Part shown: positions 34,285 to 44,214 of the stretch, piece by piece
How the letters are laid out: every line of letters starts with the position of its first letter
Numbering within the stretch: the stretch's first letter is position 1
From: an uncultured Acidobacteriota bacterium
GTDB taxonomy: Bacteria; Acidobacteriota; Polarisedimenticolia; J045
Length of the DNA: 64,000 nucleotides
NCBI GenBank assembly: GCA_963702425.1
Contig: CAVPCQ010000006.1
Location: 128,001-192,000, forward strand
Direction of reading: 5' to 3'
The notes under the pieces: generated by a model
Told to the model about the DNA's origin: nothing
Database searches by the model: none
What the model saw: only the letters and a program-made list of their open reading frames with translations
Made by a program: the position numbers and the translations under genes

Positions 34285-35003
34285 TCGACGAGGAGGGCGA
34301 TCCGCCGCAAGTGCTCCCGCCCGGCACCGCCGAGGAGATCGAATACGTCCGCGCGGTGGAGGAGCGGTTCCGGGCGCTGCGCGAGCGACCGCTGATCCTC
34401 TCCCCTGAGGATCTGGCGCGGGTGGTGGCGTGGCATCGCCGCGGCCTGCCGCTGTTCCTCGTGATCGACACGCTGGAAGAGGTCTTTCGCGAGGCGGCCG
34501 CGAGGCGGCCGCCGCGACGGCCCCGCTCCCTCGCCTACTGCGAGCCGGCGATCGAGGAGGCGGAGCAGGCGTGGCGCGAAGCGGTCGTGGGTCGGCACAC
34601 CGACTCGGCAGCGGCCATCGACGCCGCGACGCTCGCGATGCGCGCGGGGTCCGCGCTGGCTACCTCCGCCGCGCCGGCCGGGCTCGTCGCGCAAGTCCTG
34701 GCGCAACTCGCGAGGAGCGGAGAGGGTGGTCTCCCGGCCGTGCGCGTCGCGGCCCTGCAGCGGGAGCTCGTCGACGGCTGCGCGGCAACGCTCGCAGCGA
34801 CGGAGCGTCAGGAACTCGAGGCCGAGGTCGAGCGGCTCGTCTCCCCCTACGCGGGTGGGATGCCCCCCGAGGTCCGGGAGCGCACCCGGGTCGCGCTGCG
34901 CGACCGCCTCCTGCGGCGGCGTTTCCGCCTGCCGGACCTGACCCTGCTGGCGCTGGTCGAGGCACCGTTCCCGGGCCCGGGAGACTCCCCTTCGGTGGAC
35001 TGA
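34281..35003 (+). CDS. Hypothetical protein with a possible DnaD-like N-terminal domain
   Basis: Coupled GTG start; ERF...RPLILSP.D.....W....P..LV...L.E...SL.Y. Confidence 0.55.
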   Translation: MIDEEGDPPQVLPPGTAEEIEYVRAVEERFRALRERPLILSPEDLARVVAWHRRGLPLFLVIDTLEEVFREAAARRPPRRPRSLAYCEPAIEEAEQAWREAVVGRHTDSAAAIDAATLAMRAGSALATSAAPAGLVAQVLAQLARSGEGGLPAVRVAALQRELVDGCAATLAATERQELEAEVERLVSPYAGGMPPEVRERTRVALRDRLLRRRFRLPDLTLLALVEAPFPGPGDSPSVD

Positions 35004-35036
35004 GCGGGCCGTCCCCTCCGGCCTCAGGCTGACCGG

Positions 35037-37283
35037 ATGGGACAAGCGACGGGTCTGCTCCTCCTGGCTGCCGCGGCGCTCTGGTCGGGAACGGCGTGCG
35101 GTCCCGCTGCGCCGGCGGCCGCGGCAGGGCCGCTGGCGCTCGCCGCCGGCCTGGCCGCCTGGTGCGCCGCGCGGCGGCGCGAGGGTGGCGCGATCGCGTG
35201 GGCACTGGCCGGGTTCGCGCTCGCGGGCGCAGCGCTCGGCGCCCTCGATGCCGGGGAACGGACCGTGTCCGAGACTGCCGGTCCCGCGCGCGGACGGTGG
35301 ATCGACGCGCGGCCGGTGCGCGGGGGGACCCTGGTCGTGCTCGACGGCCGGGGCCCGGAACGCGTGTTCGTTCCGCGCACGGGCCAGGACTGGCTCGACC
35401 GCCTTCCCGACGGTGCCGCACCCGGGGCGACGATCGAGATCCCGCTGCGCCGCGCGGAGGGAACGGGCACGCCGCGCGCACTCTCTGCGTCGTCGATCGT
35501 CGTCCGCACGCCGGCGCGCGGTCTCGCACGGCTCACCGCCCTCGCCGCGGCGGCCCGCGCCGGCTTCCTGCGTCGCGCGACCGAGCGCCTGGTCAGGGCC
35601 GCGGACGAGGAGCAGGGCGACCCGGCCGGAGCGCTCCTGCTGGCAATGGTCGCCGGCGAGCGCGATGCGCTCGCGGCGGGAGACTGGCGTGCGCTCCGTG
35701 CCTCGGGCCTGGCCCACCAGGCCGTCGTCTCCGGCGTCCAGGTCGGGCTGATGGTCCTGGCCGCGGCGTGGGCCCTGGCTCCGCTCGGCGGCCCCCACGG
35801 CGTCGGCCGGCGCGTCGTCGCGCTGGCCGCGGCGGCGGCGGCCCTGCTGCTGCTCCCGGCCGAGCCGCCGGTCCGGCGAGCCGGCGTCGCGGTGCTGGTC
35901 GCGCGCGCGGGGCGGCTCGCGGGCCGGGGCTCCTCGCCGGCGTCGGCGCTCGCCGGAGCGGCCGCGGTGCTTCTGGCGCTCGATCCGTCGCTCGCGCGCT
36001 CGCTCTCCTTCGCGCTGACCGTGGCCGCCACGGCGGCGATCGTGTGCGGGGCGCGCGGCACGGGCTGGGGTCCGCGGGTGAGGCTCTTCTTCGGCCCGAT
36101 CCTCGCGACCTGGCCGATCCTGGTCGCGATGACCGGCTGTGCCGGCGTCTGGTCTCCCGTGGCCAACCTGCTCGCCGGTCCGGCCGCCGCACCGGCGCTG
36201 CTCTTCGGCTGGCTCGCGGTCCTGCTCCCCGCCGGATCGACGCCGGCAGCGGCGGCCGAGGCGATCGCACGCCTGGGTGCCGAGTGGTTCCTGGTCGTCG
36301 CGCGGGCGGTCTCGGCATGGCCCGGCTCAGGGCAGATCGCCGCCCCCGCCGGCTTGGCGTGGCTCGTGCTCCACGAGGTGCTCTCGTTCGCCTGGCTCGC
36401 CGCCCGGGGACGCGCTGCGATCGCCCTCGGGCTGCTCGCCCTGGCCTCCTTCGGGTGGCCGCTGCGCCCGGCGGCCGCGCCCCCGCCCGGCGCGTCGCTC
36501 GAGGTGCTCAACGTCGGCCAGGGCCAGGCGGTGCTCGTGCGCTCGGGACCGCACGCGCTGCTGATCGACTCGGCCGACGACCGCGCTCGCGACGGGACCC
36601 GGGCCCTGGTCCACGCGCTGCGCGAGCGCGGCGTGTCGCGGCTCGATGCGCTCGTGCTGACGCAGAACGACCGCGACCACGCGGGGGGAGCGCTCGAGCT
36701 GCTGGCGGCGGCACCGCCCGAGCGCCTGCTTGTCGGTGAGAACCTGCTCGACGATCCGGAACTGCGGCCGCTCTACGCGGCGGCGGCGGGTCGCGCGGTT
36801 CCGGTCGTCCCGCTCGCCACCGGGGCGCGCTTCGAGCTCGGCCAGGTCGAGCTCGCGGTGCTCCATCCGCCGCCCGGCGTCTTCGTCCGCGACAACGAGC
36901 ACTCGCTCGTGGTGCGCCTCGCCGGCGAAGGGCTCGACGCGCTGGTGACCGGCGACGCGGGGCTGGCGGCCGAGCGCGTGATGCTCGCAAGCGGCCTGGT
37001 CCGACGCGCGCCGGTGCTCGTGGCGGGTCACCACGGCTCGAAGGGCTCGACCGGCGACGCGCTGCTCGAGGCGCTCGCCGCCCGGGTCGCGCTGATCTCC
37101 GCCGGCAGGGACAACAGCTTCGGTCACCCACACCGGGAGACGCTCGCCCGCCTGGCCGCGCGCCGCGTGCCGTGGCTGGTCACGGCCCGCGACGGCAGCC
37201 TCGCCGTGCGCGCCTGGGCCGGCACGACGACGGTCCGGGGCGCGAACGAAGCGCCAGGCGCGGAGCTCAGGGTACGAAAGTGA
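35037..37283 (+). CDS. comEC: ComEC/Rec2 family competence protein with metallo-beta-lactamase domain
   Basis: SGLAH..VVSG, multiple TM helices, VGQG.A, DRDHAGG, TGDA, GHHGS, NSFGHPH. Confidence 0.8.
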   Translation: MGQATGLLLLAAAALWSGTACGPAAPAAAAGPLALAAGLAAWCAARRREGGAIAWALAGFALAGAALGALDAGERTVSETAGPARGRWIDARPVRGGTLVVLDGRGPERVFVPRTGQDWLDRLPDGAAPGATIEIPLRRAEGTGTPRALSASSIVVRTPARGLARLTALAAAARAGFLRRATERLVRAADEEQGDPAGALLLAMVAGERDALAAGDWRALRASGLAHQAVVSGVQVGLMVLAAAWALAPLGGPHGVGRRVVALAAAAAALLLLPAEPPVRRAGVAVLVARAGRLAGRGSSPASALAGAAAVLLALDPSLARSLSFALTVAATAAIVCGARGTGWGPRVRLFFGPILATWPILVAMTGCAGVWSPVANLLAGPAAAPALLFGWLAVLLPAGSTPAAAAEAIARLGAEWFLVVARAVSAWPGSGQIAAPAGLAWLVLHEVLSFAWLAARGRAAIALGLLALASFGWPLRPAAAPPPGASLEVLNVGQGQAVLVRSGPHALLIDSADDRARDGTRALVHALRERGVSRLDALVLTQNDRDHAGGALELLAAAPPERLLVGENLLDDPELRPLYAAAAGRAVPVVPLATGARFELGQVELAVLHPPPGVFVRDNEHSLVVRLAGEGLDALVTGDAGLAAERVMLASGLVRRAPVLVAGHHGSKGSTGDALLEALAARVALISAGRDNSFGHPHRETLARLAARRVPWLVTARDGSLAVRAWAGTTTVRGANEAPGAELRVRK

Positions 37284-38259
37284 GCGGGACCGGCATGAAG
37301 CTCAGCACGAGGATCAGCAGCGCGACGAGCGCCAGCAGCGAACGGCCCGGCCCGAGTTCGCTCTCCCACGCGCCGGGCGGCGGGTGCCGGCGCCCGAACA
37401 GCAGGATCAGCGCCGACCAGGTCGCCCAGAGGATCACGGTCGTCCACTCGCCGTAGAGCAGGACCCGTGTTGCGGCGATCGACAGGAGGAACGCCGGAAC
37501 GAAGTAGGCTGCGCGCGCGTGAACCCGCGGCGATGCGGCGTAGAGGATGTGGCCACCGTCGAGCTGACCAGCGGGCAGCAGGTTGAGCGCCGTTGCAAAG
37601 AGCCCGACCCAGCCGGCGAGGTAGGTCGGGTTCAGGATCAGCACCGCGTCCCGGGCGTCGGGCCTGAGCATCCAGGCGAGGAGCCAGGTGAGCAGGGAAT
37701 CGCCGAAAAGGAGCGCACCGCGGGGGATCGGGGCCGCCGGCTCGGCGGGCGCCTGAAGGACACCGGCGATCACCAGCGGAACCGCCACCACGAACCCGGC
37801 CAGCGGTCCTGCGATCCCGATGTCGAACAGCGCACGGCGCGACGGGATCCGTCCCCGGATCCGGATCACGGCGCCGAAGGTCCCGATCAGCGAGATCGGG
37901 GACGGGGCCGGGATGAAGTAGGGGAGCGTGCAGTCGACGCCGTAGTGCCGGCAGGCCAGGTAGTGGCCCATCTCGTGGGCCATGAAGAACCCGAGCAGCG
38001 CGACGACGTACGGCAGGCCGCTGAGCACGAGCGGGAGGAGGATGTCAACCAGTCCCGTGCGACCGCGCATCCACTGGTCGATCAATTCCTGGCCGCGGAA
38101 CGACGTCTCCGCCCCGACTTCGAGGGTGGTCAGCACGGTCAGCCCGAACATCACGATCGCCAGCCACGGCAGGCGAGTTCGCGGGGCCGGTGCCGGCGAG
38201 GAGGTGGGAACCTCAGGCGGGACGGGACGGAACTGGGGGGGGGCGTACGGTCCGCTCAC
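37267..38259 (-). CDS. Site-2 protease (M50) family membrane metalloprotease
   Basis: AHEMGH, GTFGAVI, DIGIAGP, LNLLPAGQLDGGH. Confidence 0.92.
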   Translation of the reverse strand: MSGPYAPPQFRPVPPEVPTSSPAPAPRTRLPWLAIVMFGLTVLTTLEVGAETSFRGQELIDQWMRGRTGLVDILLPLVLSGLPYVVALLGFFMAHEMGHYLACRHYGVDCTLPYFIPAPSPISLIGTFGAVIRIRGRIPSRRALFDIGIAGPLAGFVVAVPLVIAGVLQAPAEPAAPIPRGALLFGDSLLTWLLAWMLRPDARDAVLILNPTYLAGWVGLFATALNLLPAGQLDGGHILYAASPRVHARAAYFVPAFLLSIAATRVLLYGEWTTVILWATWSALILLFGRRHPPPGAWESELGPGRSLLALVALLILVLSFMPVPLTFVP

Positions 38260-38266
38260 CAGTCCC

Positions 38267-38614
38267 TCACGGACCGATGTCGCGCAACTCTTTGCCCGGC
38301 TTGAATCGCACGGTGCGACCCGGCGGGATCTTGACCTCGCGCCCGGTCCGGGGGTTACGACCGACACCGCGTTTCCGGGGCTTGACCTGGAAGACCCCGA
38401 AGCCGCGGAACTCGATCCGTTCGCCGCGAGCCATCGCGTCCTTGAGCGACGCGAAGAGGGACTCGACCGCCTCGACCACGAGCCCATGTGAGACGCGACG
38501 TGCCCCCTCGGCAGGTTCCTCGCCAAGGGGAAGCTCGTGCCGGCCTTCGCGCTGGTGCTCCAGCAGGGCCTGATGGACGCGATGGATGAGGTCCGCCTTG
38601 ACCATCGAGGGCAT
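38267..38614 (-). CDS. HU/IHF family DNA-binding protein
   Basis: M.KADL, RIEFRGFGVF, GRNPRTG, VRFKPGKEL. Confidence 0.92.
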   Translation of the reverse strand: MPSMVKADLIHRVHQALLEHQREGRHELPLGEEPAEGARRVSHGLVVEAVESLFASLKDAMARGERIEFRGFGVFQVKPRKRGVGRNPRTGREVKIPPGRTVRFKPGKELRDIGP

Positions 38615-38773
38615 CTCCGCCGCCGGATCGGTCGCCGGGGCCGGGGAAGTCTAGGGGGAACGCTCCTCGTGGTCAAGGTAAAGTCTGGAAACAGAGGGGC
38701 TTGCGCGACCGGGCCTCGTGGCGCGGAGGCCCCCGGGGGATTAGGCTCCCCCGGCCTCACTTGGAGAACCCCG

Positions 38774-40156
38774 ATGTCCGACCGCGAAAGCCCCGGCCGC
38801 CCCCGCGCCCTGCCGCGCGTCGCGATCGTCGGTCGCCCGAACGTCGGGAAGTCGAGCCTGTTCAACCGCCTGCTGCGTCGGCGCGAGGCGATCGTGCTCG
38901 ACCGACCGGGCGTGACACGGGATCGGCTGGAGCGTGACGGGCGGCTGGCCACGCGCCGCGTCGTGTTCTTGGACACGGGCGGAATCGTGCCCGGGTCCGA
39001 GGACGACCTCTACAAACAGGTCTCGCGGCAGGCTGTGGCCGCGCTCGACGGAGCGGACGTGATCGCGCTGGTCGTCGACGCCCGGGCCGGTGTGACCCCG
39101 CTCGATGAACAGGTCGCCGAGGTCCTGCGCCGCGCGACGGTGCCGGTGGTCCTGCTCGCGAACAAGGTGGACAGCGAGCCGCAGGAGGCACTGGTCCACG
39201 ACGCCTGGCGCCTGGGGTTGGGCGAGCCGATCCCGGTCTCCGCCGAAACGGGCCGCGGGATCGAGGAGTTCGCGGAACTGGTCGAAGCGCTGCTGCCGCC
39301 GCTCGCAGAAGGAGAGACGGTGGCCCCGGAGGCCGATGACGAGAGACTTCCCGATCCGAGGGAGGAACTCTGCGTCTCGGTCGTGGGGCGGCCGAACGTC
39401 GGCAAGTCCTCGCTCGTCAACCGGCTCGCGGGCGAGGAGCGGGTCACCGTCAGCCCCGTTCCGGGGACGACGCGGGACGCGGTCGACGTGATCCTCCGGC
39501 GCGATGGCCATCGGATCCGGCTGGTCGATACCGCCGGGATCCGGCGCCGCGCCAAGGTCGATTCGCGGGACGAATCGGTCGGCATCCTGATGACGCGGCG
39601 GCGCCTGGCGCGCAGTCACGTCGCGGTTTTCGTCGTCGACGCGATCCAGGGGATCACGAGCGGCGACGTTGCGATCGCGGGAGAAATCCTCGAGACGGGC
39701 CGCCCGATGGTGCTGGCGCTGAACAAGTGGGACCTCGTCACGGACCCGGAAACCCGGGTGGGCGAGCTGGACGCGGAGCTGGAGCGGCGGCTGGCCTTCG
39801 CCCCGAAGATCCCCCGGGTGACGGTGTCGGCCACCTCCGGGCAACGCGCCTTCAAACTCCTCGACCTGGCCCGCGAGCAGGCCCTGGCGGCGACCCGGAG
39901 GATCCCCACCTCCGAGCTGAATCGTTTCCTCGAGCGCTCGCTTGCCGAGCTACTGGCCGGGGGCGGCTCCACGACGAAGATGCTCTACATCACCCAGACC
40001 GGGACTTTGCCGCCGCGTTTCGCGATCTTCTGCCGCGACCCGGAGGGGGTCGACCCCTCCGTCCGACGCTACCTCGAGAGCCGGATCCGCGAGGAGTTCG
40101 ACCTCGGCCCGATCCCGGTCGTGGTCGACCTCAGACTCTCGCCGCGCCGGCGCTGA
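38774..40156 (+). CDS. der: Ribosome biogenesis GTPase Der (EngA)
   Basis: Two GRPNVGKSSL motifs, PGVTRD and PGTTRD, DTGG and DTAG, NKVD and NKWD. Confidence 0.96.
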   Translation: MSDRESPGRPRALPRVAIVGRPNVGKSSLFNRLLRRREAIVLDRPGVTRDRLERDGRLATRRVVFLDTGGIVPGSEDDLYKQVSRQAVAALDGADVIALVVDARAGVTPLDEQVAEVLRRATVPVVLLANKVDSEPQEALVHDAWRLGLGEPIPVSAETGRGIEEFAELVEALLPPLAEGETVAPEADDERLPDPREELCVSVVGRPNVGKSSLVNRLAGEERVTVSPVPGTTRDAVDVILRRDGHRIRLVDTAGIRRRAKVDSRDESVGILMTRRRLARSHVAVFVVDAIQGITSGDVAIAGEILETGRPMVLALNKWDLVTDPETRVGELDAELERRLAFAPKIPRVTVSATSGQRAFKLLDLAREQALAATRRIPTSELNRFLERSLAELLAGGGSTTKMLYITQTGTLPPRFAIFCRDPEGVDPSVRRYLESRIREEFDLGPIPVVVDLRLSPRRR

Positions 40157-40234
40157 GGGTCCCCGGGACGGTCCGGAGGGGGTCCGGAAGGGCCGGGCCG
40201 GTCCCCGGGCCTTTCGATGCTGGTCGACCCCGTT

Positions 40235-40264
40235 TTGACACCGCCGCTCCGACAGCCCTATGTT
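40235..40264 (+). promoter_or_regulatory. Sigma-70-like promoter
   Basis: TTGACA-18 nt-TATGTT upstream of the MglA-like gene. Confidence 0.5.
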
Positions 40265-40334
40265 TGCCCCGCCGGCGGGAAGGCCCCCTCGACGGGAGCC
40301 GACCTGCGCGAGCCACTCCCGTGGAGCACCGGAC

Positions 40335-41789
40335 ATGGTGGTCTTCAACTATTCGACTCGCGAGCTGACGACGAAGGTCGTGTTCTACGGTCCCGGCCTG
40401 TGCGGGAAAACGACCAACCTGCAGTTCATCTACGACCACATGCCGCAGGGCGTGCGCGGCAAGATGCTGTCGCTCGCCACGAAGAGCGACCGCACGCTGT
40501 TCTTCGATTTCCTGCCGATCGACCTCGGGCAGATCCAGGGGATGAAGACCAAGGTCCAGCTCTACACGGTCCCGGGCCAGGTCTTCTACAACGAGACGCG
40601 GCGGCTCGTGCTCAAGGGAGCGGACGGCGTCGTCTTCGTCGCCGACACCCAGGAGAACATGGTCGAAGCGAACATGGATTCGTTCCGCAACCTCGAGGAG
40701 AACCTCGCGGCGCACGGGATGTCGCTCGAGGACACGCCGCACGTCATTCAATACAACAAGCGCGACCTGCCGAACGCGATGCCGATCGAGCCGATCAACG
40801 ATCGGCTCAACAAGTACAACGCGCCGTTCTACGAGGCGATCGCCACCACCGGCGTCGGGGTCCAGGAGACACTGCGTCACATCACGAAGCTGGTCCTGCT
40901 CAAGCTGAACGAGCGCTACGGCGCGGAGCGACCCGGCGCCGCCCGGCGCGAGCCGGCGAAGCCGCCCGCCGCCGCGGAGTTCGTGCCGGCCCCCGCGGCC
41001 GAGGTGTTCGCGCCTCCGGCGCCGCCGCTTGCGCCGACGATCGAGTCGCCCGTGGCTGCGGTCGCGGCCGGGGCGCCGTTGTTCGACGAACCGGTCGAGC
41101 GCTTCGAGGCGCCGGTGGCCGCCGAGCCGGCCGAGTCGTTCGCGATGCCGAGCGGGCAGGTCTTCGTCGCACCGGCGTTCGCCGGGCGACCGGCGATGCC
41201 GGTCCCTCCGGCTCCCGTTGCCGCACCGGCAAGACCGCCCATCGAAGCCTTCGCTTCGGCGGCGTCCCCGATGAGCGAGGCTCCTTCCGAGTTCGACTTC
41301 TCGATCCCCTCGGAGCGGGTCCGGACCGAGATGCCGACGCTCGCCACGCCGCAGGCCGTGATGCGCGCAACCGTTGAGACCACGGCGGCTCCCGCGCCCG
41401 CCGCTTCCCCGGCGCTCGAGTCCGAGCCGTTCAGCCTGCCCGCCCGTCCGGAGCGTCCCGGTACGGCAGCCGTGCTCGAGGAAGAGGACGTGCTCGGGCT
41501 CGCGCCGCCCGCCGCCGCGCCCACGTCGACCGTGAAGATCGACCGCGCCGTGCTGGATGCCGCCGTTCCGGCGGGAGCAGCGTCGAGGATGCCGGCCAGC
41601 CCGACGGCGCTCGCCTCCGCCCGGATGATCGAGGTCGGCGCCGCCGACGCGCTGTTCGCCGACGACTCGGTCGAGCTGACGCGGCTCGCGGTCGGCGATC
41701 CGCAGGAGATCCTGGTGCCGCTCGAGTTCGCCACGGCGACCGGGACGCGGCGCTACCGACTCGTCATCCGGCTGGAACTCGCCCCGTGA
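40335..41789 (+). CDS. MglA-family small GTPase with a long Pro/Ala-rich C-terminal extension
   Basis: KVVFYGPGLCGKTTNL, DRTLFFDFLP, YTVPGQVFY, LVLKGADGVVFVAD, QYNKRDL. Confidence 0.88.
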   Translation: MVVFNYSTRELTTKVVFYGPGLCGKTTNLQFIYDHMPQGVRGKMLSLATKSDRTLFFDFLPIDLGQIQGMKTKVQLYTVPGQVFYNETRRLVLKGADGVVFVADTQENMVEANMDSFRNLEENLAAHGMSLEDTPHVIQYNKRDLPNAMPIEPINDRLNKYNAPFYEAIATTGVGVQETLRHITKLVLLKLNERYGAERPGAARREPAKPPAAAEFVPAPAAEVFAPPAPPLAPTIESPVAAVAAGAPLFDEPVERFEAPVAAEPAESFAMPSGQVFVAPAFAGRPAMPVPPAPVAAPARPPIEAFASAASPMSEAPSEFDFSIPSERVRTEMPTLATPQAVMRATVETTAAPAPAASPALESEPFSLPARPERPGTAAVLEEEDVLGLAPPAAAPTSTVKIDRAVLDAAVPAGAASRMPASPTALASARMIEVGAADALFADDSVELTRLAVGDPQEILVPLEFATATGTRRYRLVIRLELAP

Positions 41790-42370
41790 GCGCGGGGTTC
41801 GCGCGCGGCTCGCGGCGGCGCTTCGTCTCGGTTCCGGCCGGGACCTACCCCGCACCCGCGCCGCCCTCCGCTGCACCGCGCCTCGAGGACGACCTCTTCG
41901 CCAGCCCGGCGAAGCGGGCATCGTTCGGCGACCCGCTATTCGACGACGAGGGCGGGATTTCCTTCTCGCCCGCCGTGGCGTCCGCCGTCGCGGTCCGCGG
42001 GGCCCCCCCGGCGGCTCCCCTGGAAGCCGAGCCGTACGAGGACTTCGCGTCGAGCGCCTTCTCCACGACCGAGCCGGATTCTCCCGCGGAGCCGGCGCCG
42101 CGCCGTGCTTGGGCCGCGGGGCCGACAGCGCGGGGAACACTCGGTATCCTCGTGGGGGCCGCGATCGGGGCGATCGTCGGACTGATCCTCAGTACGGCGA
42201 TGCTGGCGCTGTACGCTCCTTCCGACTTCGCCCAGGCGATCATGGACCCGGTGGCGCTGTGGACCGAAATCGACGACTGGAAGGTCTTGGCGGGCGCGCT
42301 CTTGATCGCCATCGGTTTCGCCGTGCTCGGAGCCGGGCAGGGAGCCCAGCAGCGCGCGGCGCGCGCCTGA
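41786..42370 (+). CDS. Hypothetical membrane protein (low-complexity N-terminus, two TM helices)
   Basis: GTG start overlaps the MglA-like stop; two hydrophobic segments. Confidence 0.6.
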   Translation: MSAGFARGSRRRFVSVPAGTYPAPAPPSAAPRLEDDLFASPAKRASFGDPLFDDEGGISFSPAVASAVAVRGAPPAAPLEAEPYEDFASSAFSTTEPDSPAEPAPRRAWAAGPTARGTLGILVGAAIGAIVGLILSTAMLALYAPSDFAQAIMDPVALWTEIDDWKVLAGALLIAIGFAVLGAGQGAQQRAARA

Positions 42371-43323
42371 GCCGCTCACAGCGCCCGCTCCGGGCGATCC
42401 TCGCCGTTCTCGTCGGGCTGGTGAGTGGCTTCTCGCTCATCGTAGTGGGTCCCGTGCGTGCTGCCGCGGACGACGACCAGCCGGCTCTTCCACGCGATGG
42501 TGCCGAACTCCTCACGCGGATCTCCGCCGGACCGATCGTCGTCCTGGCGACCGTCATCCGGGTGGAGACCAAGGCGGCATTGACGGTGCGCGAGGTCCTG
42601 CGCGGCGGGAGCCTCCCGCCGACGATCCGCCTCGCTTACCGCGGCAACAACCTGATGCGGCAGCCCGGCAGTGCGCCCTTCGCGACCCGCGACGGCGAGA
42701 CGGCGGTCTTCGTCCTCACCCCGTGGGTCGACTCCCGTGGCCGCCAGCCGAAAGCCGATCTCTTCATGCCGGCCGGCTTCGCGGGGGCCAGGATCCCGCT
42801 GCCTCCCGAGGGCGGGGACGCGCTGCTGGAAGCGGTGCGGGGGATCGTGGTCCACGAGGACGATGTGGAGGCGGGGCAGGAGGCCCGCGTGCTGCGCTGG
42901 ATCAGCGGGCCGAACCCGTGGCTGATCGACGCCGGACTGGTGATCGCGGGCCAGTTGGTCATGGCCGACGAGGACTGGGTCCCGGTGCTGCTCGAGCGGC
43001 TGCGGGACGTCCGGCCGGAGCGGCGCTTGCGGACCGTCGACGTGATGGCCGGGGCGATGGCCCGCGGGCGGATCGGGGACCCCGCCGGCGACCTGGAGAT
43101 CGACGAGCGGGTGGAGGCCTGCCAGGAGGCGATCGTCCGCCTGGCCCGGACCGACCCGGAGTTCGAGATCCGCGCCGCGGCGGTCAAGGGCCTCGCCAAG
43201 GCCGGGATCCCGGGGGCTCGCGAGATCCTGGCGACGATCGCCAAGGACGACCCCAGCCAGGACGTCCGCTACGAAGCCGCTGCGGCGCTGGTGAAGGGGG
43301 TCCGGGGCGATCCGTCCCGTTGA
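42367..43323 (+). CDS. Exported HEAT-repeat-like protein
   Basis: Signal-like N-terminus; DPEFEIRAAAVKGL and DPSQDVRYEAAAAL repeats. Start codon uncertain. Confidence 0.6.
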   Translation: MSRSQRPLRAILAVLVGLVSGFSLIVVGPVRAAADDDQPALPRDGAELLTRISAGPIVVLATVIRVETKAALTVREVLRGGSLPPTIRLAYRGNNLMRQPGSAPFATRDGETAVFVLTPWVDSRGRQPKADLFMPAGFAGARIPLPPEGGDALLEAVRGIVVHEDDVEAGQEARVLRWISGPNPWLIDAGLVIAGQLVMADEDWVPVLLERLRDVRPERRLRTVDVMAGAMARGRIGDPAGDLEIDERVEACQEAIVRLARTDPEFEIRAAAVKGLAKAGIPGAREILATIAKDDPSQDVRYEAAAALVKGVRGDPSR

Positions 43324-43349
43324 CCCTATTGCCGCGGAAAACCTATATT
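43320..43349 (+). promoter_or_regulatory. Sigma-70-like promoter
   Basis: TTGACC-18 nt-TATATT. Confidence 0.5.
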
Positions 43350-43434
43350 CGCCGTGACTTCGCGGTTTCTCCCGAGTCGGGCAGAAAGCCCGCTGTGGGG
43401 ACTGCGGCGTGCGCGCGAGCGTGACGGATCGAGC

Positions 43435-44205
43435 ATGGCGACCGATCCCCTGAAGGCTCTGGCCGTGAACTACCTGGCCGGCGAACGCATCGTCGCCGCG
43501 GCCGAGGCGGGGGCTTGCATGTTCCTCGTCCAGTCCGGGAGCGTGCGCCTCTCGCGTCCGGCGAGCGGCGGCAGCGCTCCGGTGGAGATTGCGACGCTCG
43601 AGAAAGGCGACTTCTTCGGGGAACGGACGCTGCTCGAGGGCGGGACCTACGGCGTCAACGCCGAGGCGCTCGACGCCTGCGAGATCATCGAGATCGGCCC
43701 CTCGACCTTCCACCGCCTGCTGCGCGCCCACCCCGAGATCTCGGTCCGTCTGCTGCGCAAGCTCGCGGCCCGGGTCGAGCGCCTCGAGCGCCGCCTGTCG
43801 ACCGAGGGGGGCGAAGAGACGCTGGTGGTCGCGCGGCCAGCGGTGGCCGCTCCGGTCCGGCCACACGCCGCTCCGGCGCGCGGTTCCCGTGCGTCGCTGA
43901 TCGTGGAGGGTGGGGGACCGGTCTTCCCCCTCGTCGGCGAGGAAGTGCTGCTCGGCCGGTACGACCCCGTCACCGAGATCCAGCCGGAAATCGACCTCAC
44001 GGACATCGATACGAAGCGCTCGGTGTCACGTCGTCACGCGCGGATGACGCTGCGCGACGGCGCCTGGTACGTGGCGGAAGAGGTCGGAGCGCTGAACGGG
44101 ACGTTCGTCAACGGGACCCGGCTGCTGCCAGGCCGCGGCGCCCCGCTCTCGCCGGGCGACATCGTCAGCGCCGGCATGGTGCGCCTGGTCTTCCGCCTGG
44201 AATAG
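43435..44205 (+). CDS. Cyclic-nucleotide-binding plus FHA domain protein
   Basis: MFLVQSGSV and GDFFGE (cNMP-binding); LGR, VSRRHA and NGTFVNG (FHA). Confidence 0.88.
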   Translation: MATDPLKALAVNYLAGERIVAAAEAGACMFLVQSGSVRLSRPASGGSAPVEIATLEKGDFFGERTLLEGGTYGVNAEALDACEIIEIGPSTFHRLLRAHPEISVRLLRKLAARVERLERRLSTEGGEETLVVARPAVAAPVRPHAAPARGSRASLIVEGGGPVFPLVGEEVLLGRYDPVTEIQPEIDLTDIDTKRSVSRRHARMTLRDGAWYVAEEVGALNGTFVNGTRLLPGRGAPLSPGDIVSAGMVRLVFRLE

Positions 44206-44214
44206 AGTAGCGGG

